Made by a program: the position numbers and the translations under genes. From contig DATADL010000250.1 of NCBI GenBank assembly GCA_036258555.1, positions 1,226 through 65,225 of the forward strand: DNA of 64,000 bases, read 5' to 3'. Shown one piece after another: positions 24,581 through 34,854 of the stretch (its first letter is position 1; each line of letters starts with the position of its first letter). Source of the stretch: Actinomycetota bacterium (lineage in GTDB: Bacteria > Actinomycetota > CADDZG01 > WHSQ01). The notes beneath the pieces are model-generated. The model did no database searches and was not told the origin of the DNA. It saw nothing but the letters and a program-made list of their open reading frames with translations.

Positions 24581-26041
24581 TCAGGGGCAGTCGCCGGCGG
24601 GCGCCGGCTCGGCGAGCTCGTTCGCGCCGAAGACCACGCCGCGCAGCTGCTGGTCGGCCTCGTACTGCGCGTCGGCGAGCGGGCGCTCCGGCATCTCCGC
24701 CTCACCCCGCAGCACCTCGTATCCCGCCGCGACCGAGTGCTCGTTGATCCCGCCGTACCCGAGCACCGAGTACGCGTCGGCGGCGGCGGGCATCGTCTTC
24801 CAGGCGACCGGCGTCGTCGTGCAGCCCACGCAGAACGGGTTGCCGCCGGGGCCGTACTCCACGTAGTCCGGGGGCCGCGGCTCCCCTGCCCAATGGACGT
24901 CACCGTCGTCGCGGCCCTCCGACGGTAGGCCCTCCGCGGTGTGGAGGAAGACGTCTCTCAGCTCCTCGAGCGTGAACGCACCGTCGGCGAGCGGGCCCTT
25001 GGCCACGACCCCCTCGCGCCCGCACGCGACGAGGCCGTCGCGCACCCCGGTGAAGTCCGATCGCAGCAGCCGCCGCGCCTCGGCCACGAGCGCGGCCGCG
25101 CCTCCCGCCGCATACGGAGACGCCGCGCTCGTGCAGCACGCGATCGGGTCGGGCCTCATCTCTTCGACCGACCGCGCGATCGCGGTCATGCCCGCGTACG
25201 CGTCGGCGACGACGTGCGGCGGCGACCCCGACCACAACGTCGCCTTCCCGTTGTCGTGGCCGCCGACGAGCACCACGCCCGGCGGCGCCGTCGAGAGGAG
25301 GTAAGTCGGCGTGGGGGCCGCTCCGGCGAGATACGCCGTCCCGTTGCCCGAGGCCGCGAGCGTCAGCATCTTGGCCGCGGCGGCGGAGAAGGCCTCGGTG
25401 GTCGCGCCCGGGACCGGCGGCGGGACGAGGTTGATCCACGAGTTGGACTGGACGTCGATCCACCCTTGCTCGGCGGCCCACTCGACGCTGCGAGCACCCA
25501 GCCCCTCGATGGCGACGATCCGCGCCGTCGGAGCGAGCGAGCTCGGCGACCCTGCCGCACGCGAGGCGGTCATCGTGCCGTGCCCGTGGTCGTCCAGGAT
25601 GTTGTGCTCGGCGCAGTCCTCCTGGAGGTAGGCGGCCGCCGGCGGCACCTGGATGGGCGACTCGCAGCTCGTGCCGCCGTCGCCGAACGAGATCGCGCCG
25701 GCGATCCGGGTCCCCGGGATCCAGTACAGCTTGCCGGGCTTCACCGCCCGCCACACCGCCTCGTCGCGCTCGAACGCCTCGTCGTACGGCGCCCCGAGCG
25801 TGAGCTTCAGCGCCTCGGCGTCCTCGGGGAACCCCGGGAGGTAGGTCGACGGGTGCCGCCGCGCCAGCGGGGACGTGTCGCGGAACGCGGGGCTGTAGGG
25901 GTTGATCCCCGTGTCGATGAGCGCCACGACGGCCTGCGGCGTGCGGGGGCGTGCGGCGGCCTTCGCGGCCCCCGGCGCGCCCAGCGCTCCGCCGACGAGA
26001 GCGAGGCACAGCGTGGGTGCGGCGACTCGCGAGGTCTTCAC
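24581..26041 (-). CDS. Secreted S8 (subtilisin-family) serine peptidase
   Basis: Signal peptide. Catalytic-triad contexts ALIDTGI (Asp), HGHGTMTAS (His) and CCTSAASPYAAG (Ser). GTG start at 26041. Confidence 0.8.
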   Translation of the reverse strand: MKTSRVAAPTLCLALVGGALGAPGAAKAAARPRTPQAVVALIDTGINPYSPAFRDTSPLARRHPSTYLPGFPEDAEALKLTLGAPYDEAFERDEAVWRAVKPGKLYWIPGTRIAGAISFGDGGTSCESPIQVPPAAAYLQEDCAEHNILDDHGHGTMTASRAAGSPSSLAPTARIVAIEGLGARSVEWAAEQGWIDVQSNSWINLVPPPVPGATTEAFSAAAAKMLTLAASGNGTAYLAGAAPTPTYLLSTAPPGVVLVGGHDNGKATLWSGSPPHVVADAYAGMTAIARSVEEMRPDPIACCTSAASPYAAGGAAALVAEARRLLRSDFTGVRDGLVACGREGVVAKGPLADGAFTLEELRDVFLHTAEGLPSEGRDDGDVHWAGEPRPPDYVEYGPGGNPFCVGCTTTPVAWKTMPAAADAYSVLGYGGINEHSVAAGYEVLRGEAEMPERPLADAQYEADQQLRGVVFGANELAEPAPAGDCP

Positions 26042-26083
26042 CCCGGATGTCTTCGGCGCTGGAGGGCCGGGGACCTTCCGCGG

Positions 26084-26716
26084 CTAGCAGCCGGAGTCGC
26101 GCGGCGGCGCCTCGCGGAGCGCCAGCTCCATCGCCCGGGCGAGGCGCAGGAGCTTGAAGCCCTCGAACGACCCGGAGAGACCGTACGTGCCCGTGTGTCC
26201 GTGCGGCCTTACCGGCCACACGAGCAGGCTGGAGCGATCGTAGGTCCACAGGAGCGCGGGCTCCCCCAGCACCTTCGTCGGGACCGCGGTGTCGCGGCCC
26301 CCGCATCCGTCCGGCGACGCGTACCCGTAGTAGATCCACAGGTCGTTGCGCCGGCTGACGAGCCTGAGCGATCCGACCATCCGACCGCCCCGGCGTCGCC
26401 AGTCGAGATGGCGCGGGTCCGCGAGCCATCCGCGGTAGCTCCTGATCCCCGCGAGCCGGTCGCGCGGGAGGACCACCGGGAAGTCGATGCGGCGCGCGAG
26501 CCGCTCGACCGCCACGCGGACCGGCACGTAGTGCGGCTCCCGCCAGCCCCGCCGCGGCTCCGGTGTGGGGGCAGGGGTCTCCTCCGGCGCAGCCGACGCC
26601 ATCGCGTCCGGGGAGGCCGTCGCCCGCGCCCGGGTCACGTCGGCTCCTCTGCCCGGCGAGCAGCCGGCCAGGAGAAGGGCCCCCGCGGCGAGCATCGCAA
26701 TCCGTCGCACGCCCAT
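26084..26716 (-). CDS. Lipoprotein, unknown function
   Basis: ATG at 26716. Lipobox LLLAGC. The rest of track ORF 26084..27889 is a shadow frame. Confidence 0.6.
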   Translation of the reverse strand: MGVRRIAMLAAGALLLAGCSPGRGADVTRARATASPDAMASAAPEETPAPTPEPRRGWREPHYVPVRVAVERLARRIDFPVVLPRDRLAGIRSYRGWLADPRHLDWRRRGGRMVGSLRLVSRRNDLWIYYGYASPDGCGGRDTAVPTKVLGEPALLWTYDRSSLLVWPVRPHGHTGTYGLSGSFEGFKLLRLARAMELALREAPPRDSGC

Positions 26717-26797
26717 CAGACGCCGCGACCCGCGCCGGCGTTCTCCCGCAAGGGCGCGAGACTGGCGTCTCGTCGTCGGACCGAGTGGGGGGTCGCC

Positions 26798-27835
26798 ATG
26801 CGGCGTTGGGTCGTAGGGATCGTGCTGTCGTCCGCGTTCGGAGGCCTGTGGGGTCCGCAGGCAACGGCCCTCCAGCCGCAAGGCGAGATCGCCCAGGACC
26901 GTATCGAGTACGGCGAGCTCCCGAGCGTCGCCGTCGCCGCCGCGGGTCGCATGTGGGTGCTCGACCGGTGGGGAGAGGCGATCGCCGAGATCGACCCCGC
27001 GACGAACGAGGTCGTGGGAGAGATCGACCTCGCCGAGCTCGGCCTCCGGAGCGCGTGGGACCTCGTCACCGTACGCGGCTCGCTGTGGATCTCGGCCGGA
27101 CGGCACCGGTACGTCGAGCTCGATCCCGCCACGGGCGAGATCGCGTCGGACGTGCGCCGGCGGCGCAGCTCGAGTGAGCTCCAGGCAGCGCGCGGATCGC
27201 TCTGGCTCACGGAGAGCACCAGGCGCAAGGTGTGGTTGGTGCGGATGGACCCGCGCTCCGGCAAGACGGTCGCGCGCTTCAGGCTCGGCCGGACGAACAC
27301 GCACGCGGGCAAGGTCGTCGCCTTCGACGGCTCGATATGGGCCCTGCGGGAGCACGGCCGGCACGTCGCCGGCACCGGCCCCAGCCCGACGTTCTACGTC
27401 ACCGCGTCGCTGTGGAGGATCGACCCGCGCTCGAACGAGATCGTCGACAAGATGCCGCTCGGGTCGACGTATACGCGCGGCCCCGTGAACCCCGTCATCG
27501 GCGACATCGCGGTCGCGGACGGCGGGCTGTGGATGTCGCGCGTCCACGAGCGCCGCCTCGTCCTCGTCAACCCGCGCACGGGCCGCGTCCGCGACGTGCA
27601 GCCCGTGGCGGAGTTCCGTCTCCCCTGGGAGATCGAGGTCCTCGGCGAAGACGTCTGGGTGGGCGAGCTGAACGAGACGCGCATCGCCAGGGTCGAGCCT
27701 GCGACCGACGGCCGGACGTTCGTCGACGTCGACGCGCCGACGTCTTACATCGCGGCCGGGTTCGGATCGGTGTGGGCGCCGGTCGCGTCCGGGCCCGAGC
27801 CGCGCGGCGAGGTCGTCCGGCTGACCCCGAGGTAG
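26798..27835 (+). CDS. Secreted beta-propeller-like repeat protein, unknown function
   Basis: ATG at 26798 followed by a signal-like segment. Recurrent ...G.LW(V/I/L)... and IDP.TNEVV / LDPATGEI / IDPRSNEIV blade-like repeats. Confidence 0.65.
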   Translation: MRRWVVGIVLSSAFGGLWGPQATALQPQGEIAQDRIEYGELPSVAVAAAGRMWVLDRWGEAIAEIDPATNEVVGEIDLAELGLRSAWDLVTVRGSLWISAGRHRYVELDPATGEIASDVRRRRSSSELQAARGSLWLTESTRRKVWLVRMDPRSGKTVARFRLGRTNTHAGKVVAFDGSIWALREHGRHVAGTGPSPTFYVTASLWRIDPRSNEIVDKMPLGSTYTRGPVNPVIGDIAVADGGLWMSRVHERRLVLVNPRTGRVRDVQPVAEFRLPWEIEVLGEDVWVGELNETRIARVEPATDGRTFVDVDAPTSYIAAGFGSVWAPVASGPEPRGEVVRLTPR

Positions 27836-27848
27836 TACGCCGGCGGCG

Positions 27849-28058
27849 TCAGGCTTCGACGAGCTCCGGCGAGTAGCCGGCGCCCGCAACGGCGCGCAGC
27901 AGCTCTTCGCCCGAGGTCGTGCCGTCGTGTCGGACGACGAGCGTCTTCGACTCGAGGTCGAGCGCCGCCTCCTTCACGCCGCCGACGTTCCCCACGGCGC
28001 GTTCGACGGTCTGCTTGCAGTGGCCGCACGTGGCGTCCGGCACCCGTAGGGTCGTCAT
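27849..28058 (-). CDS. copZ: Copper chaperone, heavy-metal-associated (HMA) domain
   Basis: 69 aa. Metal site ATCGHC (MxCxxC-type). AGGAGGGG RBS. It is the tail of the spurious 759-aa track ORF. Confidence 0.85.
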   Translation of the reverse strand: MTTLRVPDATCGHCKQTVERAVGNVGGVKEAALDLESKTLVVRHDGTTSGEELLRAVAGAGYSPELVEA

Positions 28059-28066
28059 GTCCCCTC

Positions 28067-28336
28067 CTATGACTTCACGAGCCGCTCGATCGCGGCGGTG
28101 GCCTCGCGGACCATGTCCTTGCCTTCCTCGGTCCCTTGCGTCACGCAGTGCCTGATGTGCTGGTCGAGCAATCCGACGGCGACCTTCTTCAGCGCATTCG
28201 ACGCCGCCGTGATCTGCGTGAGTATGTCGATGCAGTACTCGTCCTCGGCGACCATCCGCTGGAGCCCGCGCACCTGCCCCTCGATCCTCCTCAGACGAGC
28301 GAGCACGTCGTCCTTGTCGGCGTAGTAACCCCTCAT
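28067..28336 (-). CDS. csoR: CsoR-family copper-sensing transcriptional repressor
   Basis: RL.RIEGQVRGL.RM...D.YC.DILTQ..A...AL and HIRHC give the C-H-C ligand pattern. ATG at 28336 preferred. Confidence 0.85.
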   Translation of the reverse strand: MRGYYADKDDVLARLRRIEGQVRGLQRMVAEDEYCIDILTQITAASNALKKVAVGLLDQHIRHCVTQGTEEGKDMVREATAAIERLVKS

Positions 28337-28362
28337 CGGCGAGCTCCTTTCGTGGCGGGGGC

Positions 28363-28393
28363 TTGACACCTATATACCCTAGGGGGGTATGGT
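28363..28393 (+). promoter_or_regulatory. Divergent promoter with a CsoR-type operator: TTGACA (28363-28368), dyad ATACCC-TAGGG-GGGTAT (28374-28390) and TATGGT (28388-28393)
   Basis: The dyad is nearly identical to the B. subtilis copZA CsoR operator as I recall it (ATACCCTACGGGGGTAT). It overlaps a sigma-70-like -35/-10 pair for the ATPase gene. Confidence 0.7.
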
Positions 28394-28421
28394 TGGTCAA
28401 GCCCGCCGAGAGGAGATCGCG

Positions 28422-30479
<2,058 letters not shown>

Positions 30480-30494
<15 letters not shown>

Positions 30495-30911
30495 CCCGCT
30501 GGCGTATGCGAGCGCCCTCGGGAGCTCGTCGTGCGCGAGCGCGACTATGCGCGTCGCGCCCTCGATCTCGGCGAGCGTGTAGACCGCGTGGAAGTCGTAG
30601 ACGTCGGCCCCGCTCGCGTCCCGCAGCTGCCAGTGGACGACCGCGTGCTCGACCCGCGGCGAGACCTCGATCGAGCGCGCGGCGAGCATCTGCGCCGTCG
30701 TGACGCCGACGTCCCCGTAGAAGGAGACCAGCCGCGCGATCTCCTCGCGCCACTCGTCCGGTCCGGCGATCGACGACAGGCCGACCGGCTCGCCGTCGCT
30801 CGTCATGTGCAGGGGGAAGCTGAAGTGCCCCGCGACGTCGCCGGGGTCCATCCGCTCGAAGGCGGAGAGGTACGACTCGAAGAACGCGGAGGCGCGGGGC
30901 GACAGGTCCAC
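30480..30911 (-). CDS. Hypothetical protein, NTF2/SnoaL-like in size and pattern
   Basis: Clean 143-aa ORF with coding-like composition. No firm motif. Confidence 0.55.
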
Positions 30912-30924
30912 GACGACACCCTAC

Positions 30925-31019
30925 CGACCCGCTCTGTTCCCGCGTCCCGCCGAGGCGACCCGCTCTGTTCCCGCGTCCCGCCGAGGCGACCCGCTTGTCC
31001 CCCGCGTCCCGCGAACGGG
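30925..31019. repeat. 31-nt direct tandem repeat: two identical copies (30925-30955, 30956-30986) plus one degenerate copy
   Basis: CGACCCGCTCTGTTCCCGCGTCCCGCCGAGG occurs twice back to back, followed by a diverged third unit. Lies 14-108 nt upstream of the start at 30911. Confidence 0.9.
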
Positions 31020-31040
31020 CCCCCGCCGGAGCGGGGGCCC
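31017..31040 (-). terminator. GC-rich hairpin (10-bp perfect stem, GGGCCCCCGC-CGGA-GCGGGGGCCC) downstream of the DUF2339 gene
   Basis: Perfect stem 26 nt after the stop at 31066. No clear U-tract, so intrinsic-terminator function is uncertain. Confidence 0.45.
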
Positions 31041-31065
31041 GTCTTGCGGGCGAAGCGCGACTGCG

Positions 31066-32703
31066 CTACGCAGGCGACCTGTCCTCGACGATCAGGTCCC
31101 TGAACCGGTGGTACATCACGGAGCACGCGAGGAAGATGCCCCCGAGCCCGATGAACACGATCGTCCGGTACAGGGTGTCGAGCATCCAGACGTCGTGCAG
31201 CAGGAGCTTGCCGGCCGTCACGCCGAAGACCCCGAGGGCGAGGAAGCGCGCGCCCGCTATGCGCGCGGCGATGCCGACCGCGAGCAGCACCGCCGCGTAG
31301 ACGCCCCAGATGCCGTTCAGCGTGAAGTGCAGCGACTGGGACGCGCGTGCGCCGGCGCCGGGGCCGAAGTACGCGACGGCCTCGAGGCTTAGCCACAGCA
31401 GCGTCATCGTCGACGCGACCACCGCGGCCGCTCCCCCGAGCAGGCGCTCGTCCTCGGAGACGTTCCGCAGGCCGTACGAGGCGACGTACAACGACGCGAC
31501 GTGGACGGCGAACGCGGCCGACTCACGCGAGAGCAGGATCCGCTCCGGGTCGTAGAACCCCGGGTCGGAGAAGAGCCCGACGAGGTAGACGAGCGAGAGG
31601 CCGAGCAGGACGTAGGCCGGGAGCCGCGCCGCCGTGAGCGTCGTGCGATCCGCTACGACGATCATGCAGGCCGCGAGCGCCGCCCACGCGGCGGGCACCG
31701 CGAACGGGTCGATCTGCACGGGGACCCACACGGCGGCGAGCATCGCCGCCGACGCCAGCGCGGCCCCCGCGACGGGATCGTCGGCGTTGCGGCCGCGGAC
31801 GATCAGCCCCGCGACGAGGTTTACGCCGGCGGCGACGAGGATCACCGGACCGCGTAGCTCGTCCGAGCTCGCCCACGGGATCGTGCCCTCCTCGGTCAGC
31901 AACGCCATCGCCGTGAGCACGTAGATCCCGCAGTTGGCGAGCAACAGGAAGAGCTCCGACGCCGCCGACCGCTCGTTCGAGCCCACCCGGCGCGCGACCG
32001 CGAGAGCGGAGAACACGGAGAAGTAGACGGTGGCGTAGGCGAGCACCAGGCCCGTCTGCGGCTCCTCGCCGGAAAGGTCCGCGAGCATCGACGACGCCGC
32101 GCCTCCCAGCAGGAGGAACCCCCACGTCGCGACGAACGCCACGTGGTCGAGGAGGCGCCACCCGCGCACGTAGGCGAGACCCAGGACGACGCAGTCGAGC
32201 ACGAGGACGTACCCGAAGAGCGCAGAGGGACGTTCGAAGCCCTCACCGATCAGCAGCGCGTTGCCGAACCCTCCGACGGTCGAGAGGACGGCGAGCGCGC
32301 GGGAGTCGTATCTGAGCGCGAGATATCCGCCGCCGGCCGCGACGGCCGTGAGCGCGGCGAACGCTTCGAGGCCGCTGATCAGCTCGTAGAGCTGGAAGGC
32401 GCTCCAGATGGTGAGATACAGGAGGGCGACCCCTCCCCCGCTGACCGCTTGCGCGAGGCGCGGCCATCCGCGCGCCTGCGACCACTCACCCCAGGTCACG
32501 AGCGCGAGCCCCGCGGCGATGCCGAGGAGGACCCGCAGGCCCGGGCCGATGATCCCTTCGTCCACGCCGTACTTGAACCCGAACCCCGCGCCGATCAAGA
32601 GCGCGAGCGCGCCGAGGCGCGCGAACCACGCGCCGAGGACGTTCGCCTCGACCTCGGAGTCGTGCGGATCGAACCTCGGGTCGAGGTCGTGTGTCGCAGC
32701 CAT
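31066..32703 (-). CDS. DUF2339-family polytopic membrane protein
   Basis: 545 aa with more than 12 hydrophobic segments. Layout is typical of DUF2339 as I recall it. Confidence 0.7.
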   Translation of the reverse strand: MAATHDLDPRFDPHDSEVEANVLGAWFARLGALALLIGAGFGFKYGVDEGIIGPGLRVLLGIAAGLALVTWGEWSQARGWPRLAQAVSGGGVALLYLTIWSAFQLYELISGLEAFAALTAVAAGGGYLALRYDSRALAVLSTVGGFGNALLIGEGFERPSALFGYVLVLDCVVLGLAYVRGWRLLDHVAFVATWGFLLLGGAASSMLADLSGEEPQTGLVLAYATVYFSVFSALAVARRVGSNERSAASELFLLLANCGIYVLTAMALLTEEGTIPWASSDELRGPVILVAAGVNLVAGLIVRGRNADDPVAGAALASAAMLAAVWVPVQIDPFAVPAAWAALAACMIVVADRTTLTAARLPAYVLLGLSLVYLVGLFSDPGFYDPERILLSRESAAFAVHVASLYVASYGLRNVSEDERLLGGAAAVVASTMTLLWLSLEAVAYFGPGAGARASQSLHFTLNGIWGVYAAVLLAVGIAARIAGARFLALGVFGVTAGKLLLHDVWMLDTLYRTIVFIGLGGIFLACSVMYHRFRDLIVEDRSPA

Positions 32704-32828
32704 CGGTTACCTCCTGTGCCTCAGGGGACGTGTCGTCTCACCTTCGGCGAGGGGGCTGCGACGATCTATCGGACGTCGTCACCGAATCGGGGGCAGGAAC
32801 TCCTCAAACCGACCTGGGCACTTCAGGC

Positions 32829-32864
32829 AAAGAAGAAGGCGCAGGGGACATCCCCTGCGCCTTC
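32829..32864 (-). terminator. Intrinsic terminator for the small peptide gene
   Basis: 14-bp perfect stem GAAGGCGCAGGGGA / TCCCCTGCGCCTTC with a short loop. On the minus strand it is followed by a T-rich run (CTTCTTCTTTG). Lies 15 nt after the stop at 32879. Confidence 0.75.
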
Positions 32865-32878
32865 TGCACGACCGTCTG

Positions 32879-33040
32879 CTAGAGGCACTTCCCGGTGAGG
32901 TAGCACCACTGGTTCATGACCTCCTGACACGTCTCGGCGAACTTGCCGTGGCAGTTCGCGGAGGCGGGCGAGGCCGTGATCGTGAGGGCCGCGACGAGAC
33001 CCACCAGGAGCGTCGCGACGCGCATGCGGTTCCTCTTCAT
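32879..33040 (-). CDS. Small secreted cysteine-rich peptide (53-aa precursor; predicted 25-aa mature NCHGKFAETCQEVMNQWCYLTGKCL)
   Basis: It is the tail of spurious track ORF 32879..33904. ATG at 33040 with an AAGGA RBS. Sec signal MKRNRMRVATLLVGLVAALTITASPASA. The mature part has 4 Cys. It has its own terminator. Confidence 0.65.
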   Translation of the reverse strand: MKRNRMRVATLLVGLVAALTITASPASANCHGKFAETCQEVMNQWCYLTGKCL

Positions 33041-33194
33041 GACCGTGTCCTTTCGTCCTTGCCTGCGAGCTCGACCGAAGGGGCTTTCTAGGCCGGTAGC
33101 CGGTCTCCTTCCCGGCCCCGCCGCTCCCCCGGCGGATCTTTTCGCGTTTGACCGCTGCAGGGCGCGTTGCGATGCTCGTCTGCTCGCGAGACCA

Positions 33195-34676
33195 GTGGGA
33201 GGGGTGAGGACCACGGAGACCAACGAGGGTCGGTCCGCCGGCGTCGACTTCCGTGCGCACGAGGGCAGGCGGAGCTCGCAGGCCGTCGGCAAGACCGTGT
33301 TCGCCGAGGCGGCCGGATCGGTCGACGCGTCGCTGGCGGCCTCGATCGAACGGCAGAAGGACTGGCGCAAGACGTACCTGAGGCCGGTGCGGCAGCTCGT
33401 CGAGGCGGGGGCGCGGTCGGGCAAGGACGCTCTGCGGATCGCGGGAGAAGGCCTCGGCGCAGTCCACCGGAACCTCGTGTTCCGCCACGGCGACGCCGAG
33501 ACCGCGCTTCTCGAGGCCGTCGAGCCCGGGCGCGGAGAGCGGTTCGAGACGGGGGTCGTCTCGGGCAAGGGGACCGCCGAGCGGGACGTGGCCGTCCCGT
33601 ACCGCGGCGAGGTGCTGCGGGGCGACGCGCTCCGCCGGCAGCTCGACGCGTGGGCCACCGCCGGGGTGATCGAGGAGTCCTGCGCGGCAGCGGTGGGCGA
33701 GGTGATCGCGCACGCGGAGTGGCTCGACCTTTCCGGGACGAAGTTCGTGCTCTTGGGCGCGGCGGCGGAGATGGGGCCGCTCGAGTCGCTGTGCCGGTGG
33801 GGGGCCGACGTCGTGGCGGTAGACCTCGACCGTCCCGCGGTATGGGAGAGGATCCTCGGCTTCGCGACCGGGGGCGCGGGGACCGTGCGGTTCCCCGAGC
33901 GCAACGGGAGGGCGGGTGCCGACCTCCTGTCGGAGACCCCCGCGATATCCGCGTGGCTCGGGACGTTCGACGGCCCTCTCGTCGTCGGCAGCTACGCGTA
34001 CGCCGACGGCTCTACGTTCCTCAAGCTCGCCGGCGCGCTCGACGCGCTGACGGTCGCGCTGCAGCGAGCGGAGGCCGACGTCTCGCTCGCGTTCCTCGCT
34101 ACGCCTACCGACGTGTTCGCCGTTCCCGCCGCGGTCGTCGAACGTTCGCGCCGGCGCCGAACCTCGCCGTTCGGTCACGCGGCACGGGCGGTGACGCGAA
34201 AGAAGCTGTACGCCGCGAACTACCCCGCAACGGTCGAGGGCGAAGGCGGGCGCACGTGGGGGCTCGCAGACGCGCTCGTCCCGCAACAGGGCCCGAACTA
34301 CGCGCTGGCGAAGATGCTGCAGCGCTGGCGCGCGGTCACGGCGCGCGAGGAAGGCACGCTCGTGTCGGCGAACGTCGCCCCGGCGACGCGCACGCGATCG
34401 GTCCTCAAGAACAAGGTGCTCGCGGCCGCGTACCGCGGCGCGCACGCGTTCGACGTCGAGGTGTTCGAGCCCGAGACGAGCCGCGCGCTGATGGCGGCCC
34501 TGCTCGTACACGATCTCCGCGCGCCGGGGGCCGCGGGACGTCCGGAGACGCGGCTGGACCATCCCTACGACCTCTTCGTGGACGGAGCCGCGCACGGAGG
34601 GCTGTGGACCGCTGCCTACTCGCCCCGGTCGGTGCTGCCGCTCGCGGCCGCGCTGGGGGCCGTCAAGCGCGGGTAA
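33195..34676 (+). CDS. Hypothetical protein (~490 aa) with a possible Rossmann-like segment (VLLGAAAEMGP...VAVDL)
   Basis: Only the part downstream of about 33195 (GTG) can be coding, because the peptide gene occupies the opposite strand. The start is uncertain. Confidence 0.55.
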   Translation: MGGVRTTETNEGRSAGVDFRAHEGRRSSQAVGKTVFAEAAGSVDASLAASIERQKDWRKTYLRPVRQLVEAGARSGKDALRIAGEGLGAVHRNLVFRHGDAETALLEAVEPGRGERFETGVVSGKGTAERDVAVPYRGEVLRGDALRRQLDAWATAGVIEESCAAAVGEVIAHAEWLDLSGTKFVLLGAAAEMGPLESLCRWGADVVAVDLDRPAVWERILGFATGGAGTVRFPERNGRAGADLLSETPAISAWLGTFDGPLVVGSYAYADGSTFLKLAGALDALTVALQRAEADVSLAFLATPTDVFAVPAAVVERSRRRRTSPFGHAARAVTRKKLYAANYPATVEGEGGRTWGLADALVPQQGPNYALAKMLQRWRAVTAREEGTLVSANVAPATRTRSVLKNKVLAAAYRGAHAFDVEVFEPETSRALMAALLVHDLRAPGAAGRPETRLDHPYDLFVDGAAHGGLWTAAYSPRSVLPLAAALGAVKRG

Positions 34677-34680
34677 CGGG

Positions 34681-34845
34681 CTAGCCGGGGGCGCCTCCGC
34701 CGCTGTTCTTCGACCAGAGCTTCGACTTCGATTGACCCTCGCGCGAGTCCCAGGACGGGTCCCGCCACTTGAGAAGCCAGCGCACGAGCCATACGCCTCC
34801 GCCCACGGCCGCCGCGATGATCCCGATCCCCCATATGCCGAACAT
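34681..34845 (-). CDS. Small single-pass membrane protein (54 aa), translationally coupled to the ferritin-like gene
   Basis: Not in the track (under 60 aa). MFGIWGIGIIAAAVGGGVWLVRWLLKW... with GGAGG 5 nt before the ATG at 34845. Starts 9 nt after the upstream stop. Confidence 0.55.
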   Translation of the reverse strand: MFGIWGIGIIAAAVGGGVWLVRWLLKWRDPSWDSREGQSKSKLWSKNSGGGAPG

Positions 34846-34854
34846 GCGTGCCTC

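Noticed and set aside
24900-26864. 654-aa minus ORF, and the first ~620 codons of plus ORF 24941..27835
   Set aside because: Both are shadow frames over the S8 peptidase and lipoprotein genes. Only the 26798..27835 part has a signal peptide and repeat structure.
30925-31019. The 31-nt repeats as a possible CRISPR array
   Set aside because: The units are directly adjacent with no spacers, there are only about three copies, and no cas genes are present. This is a tandem repeat.
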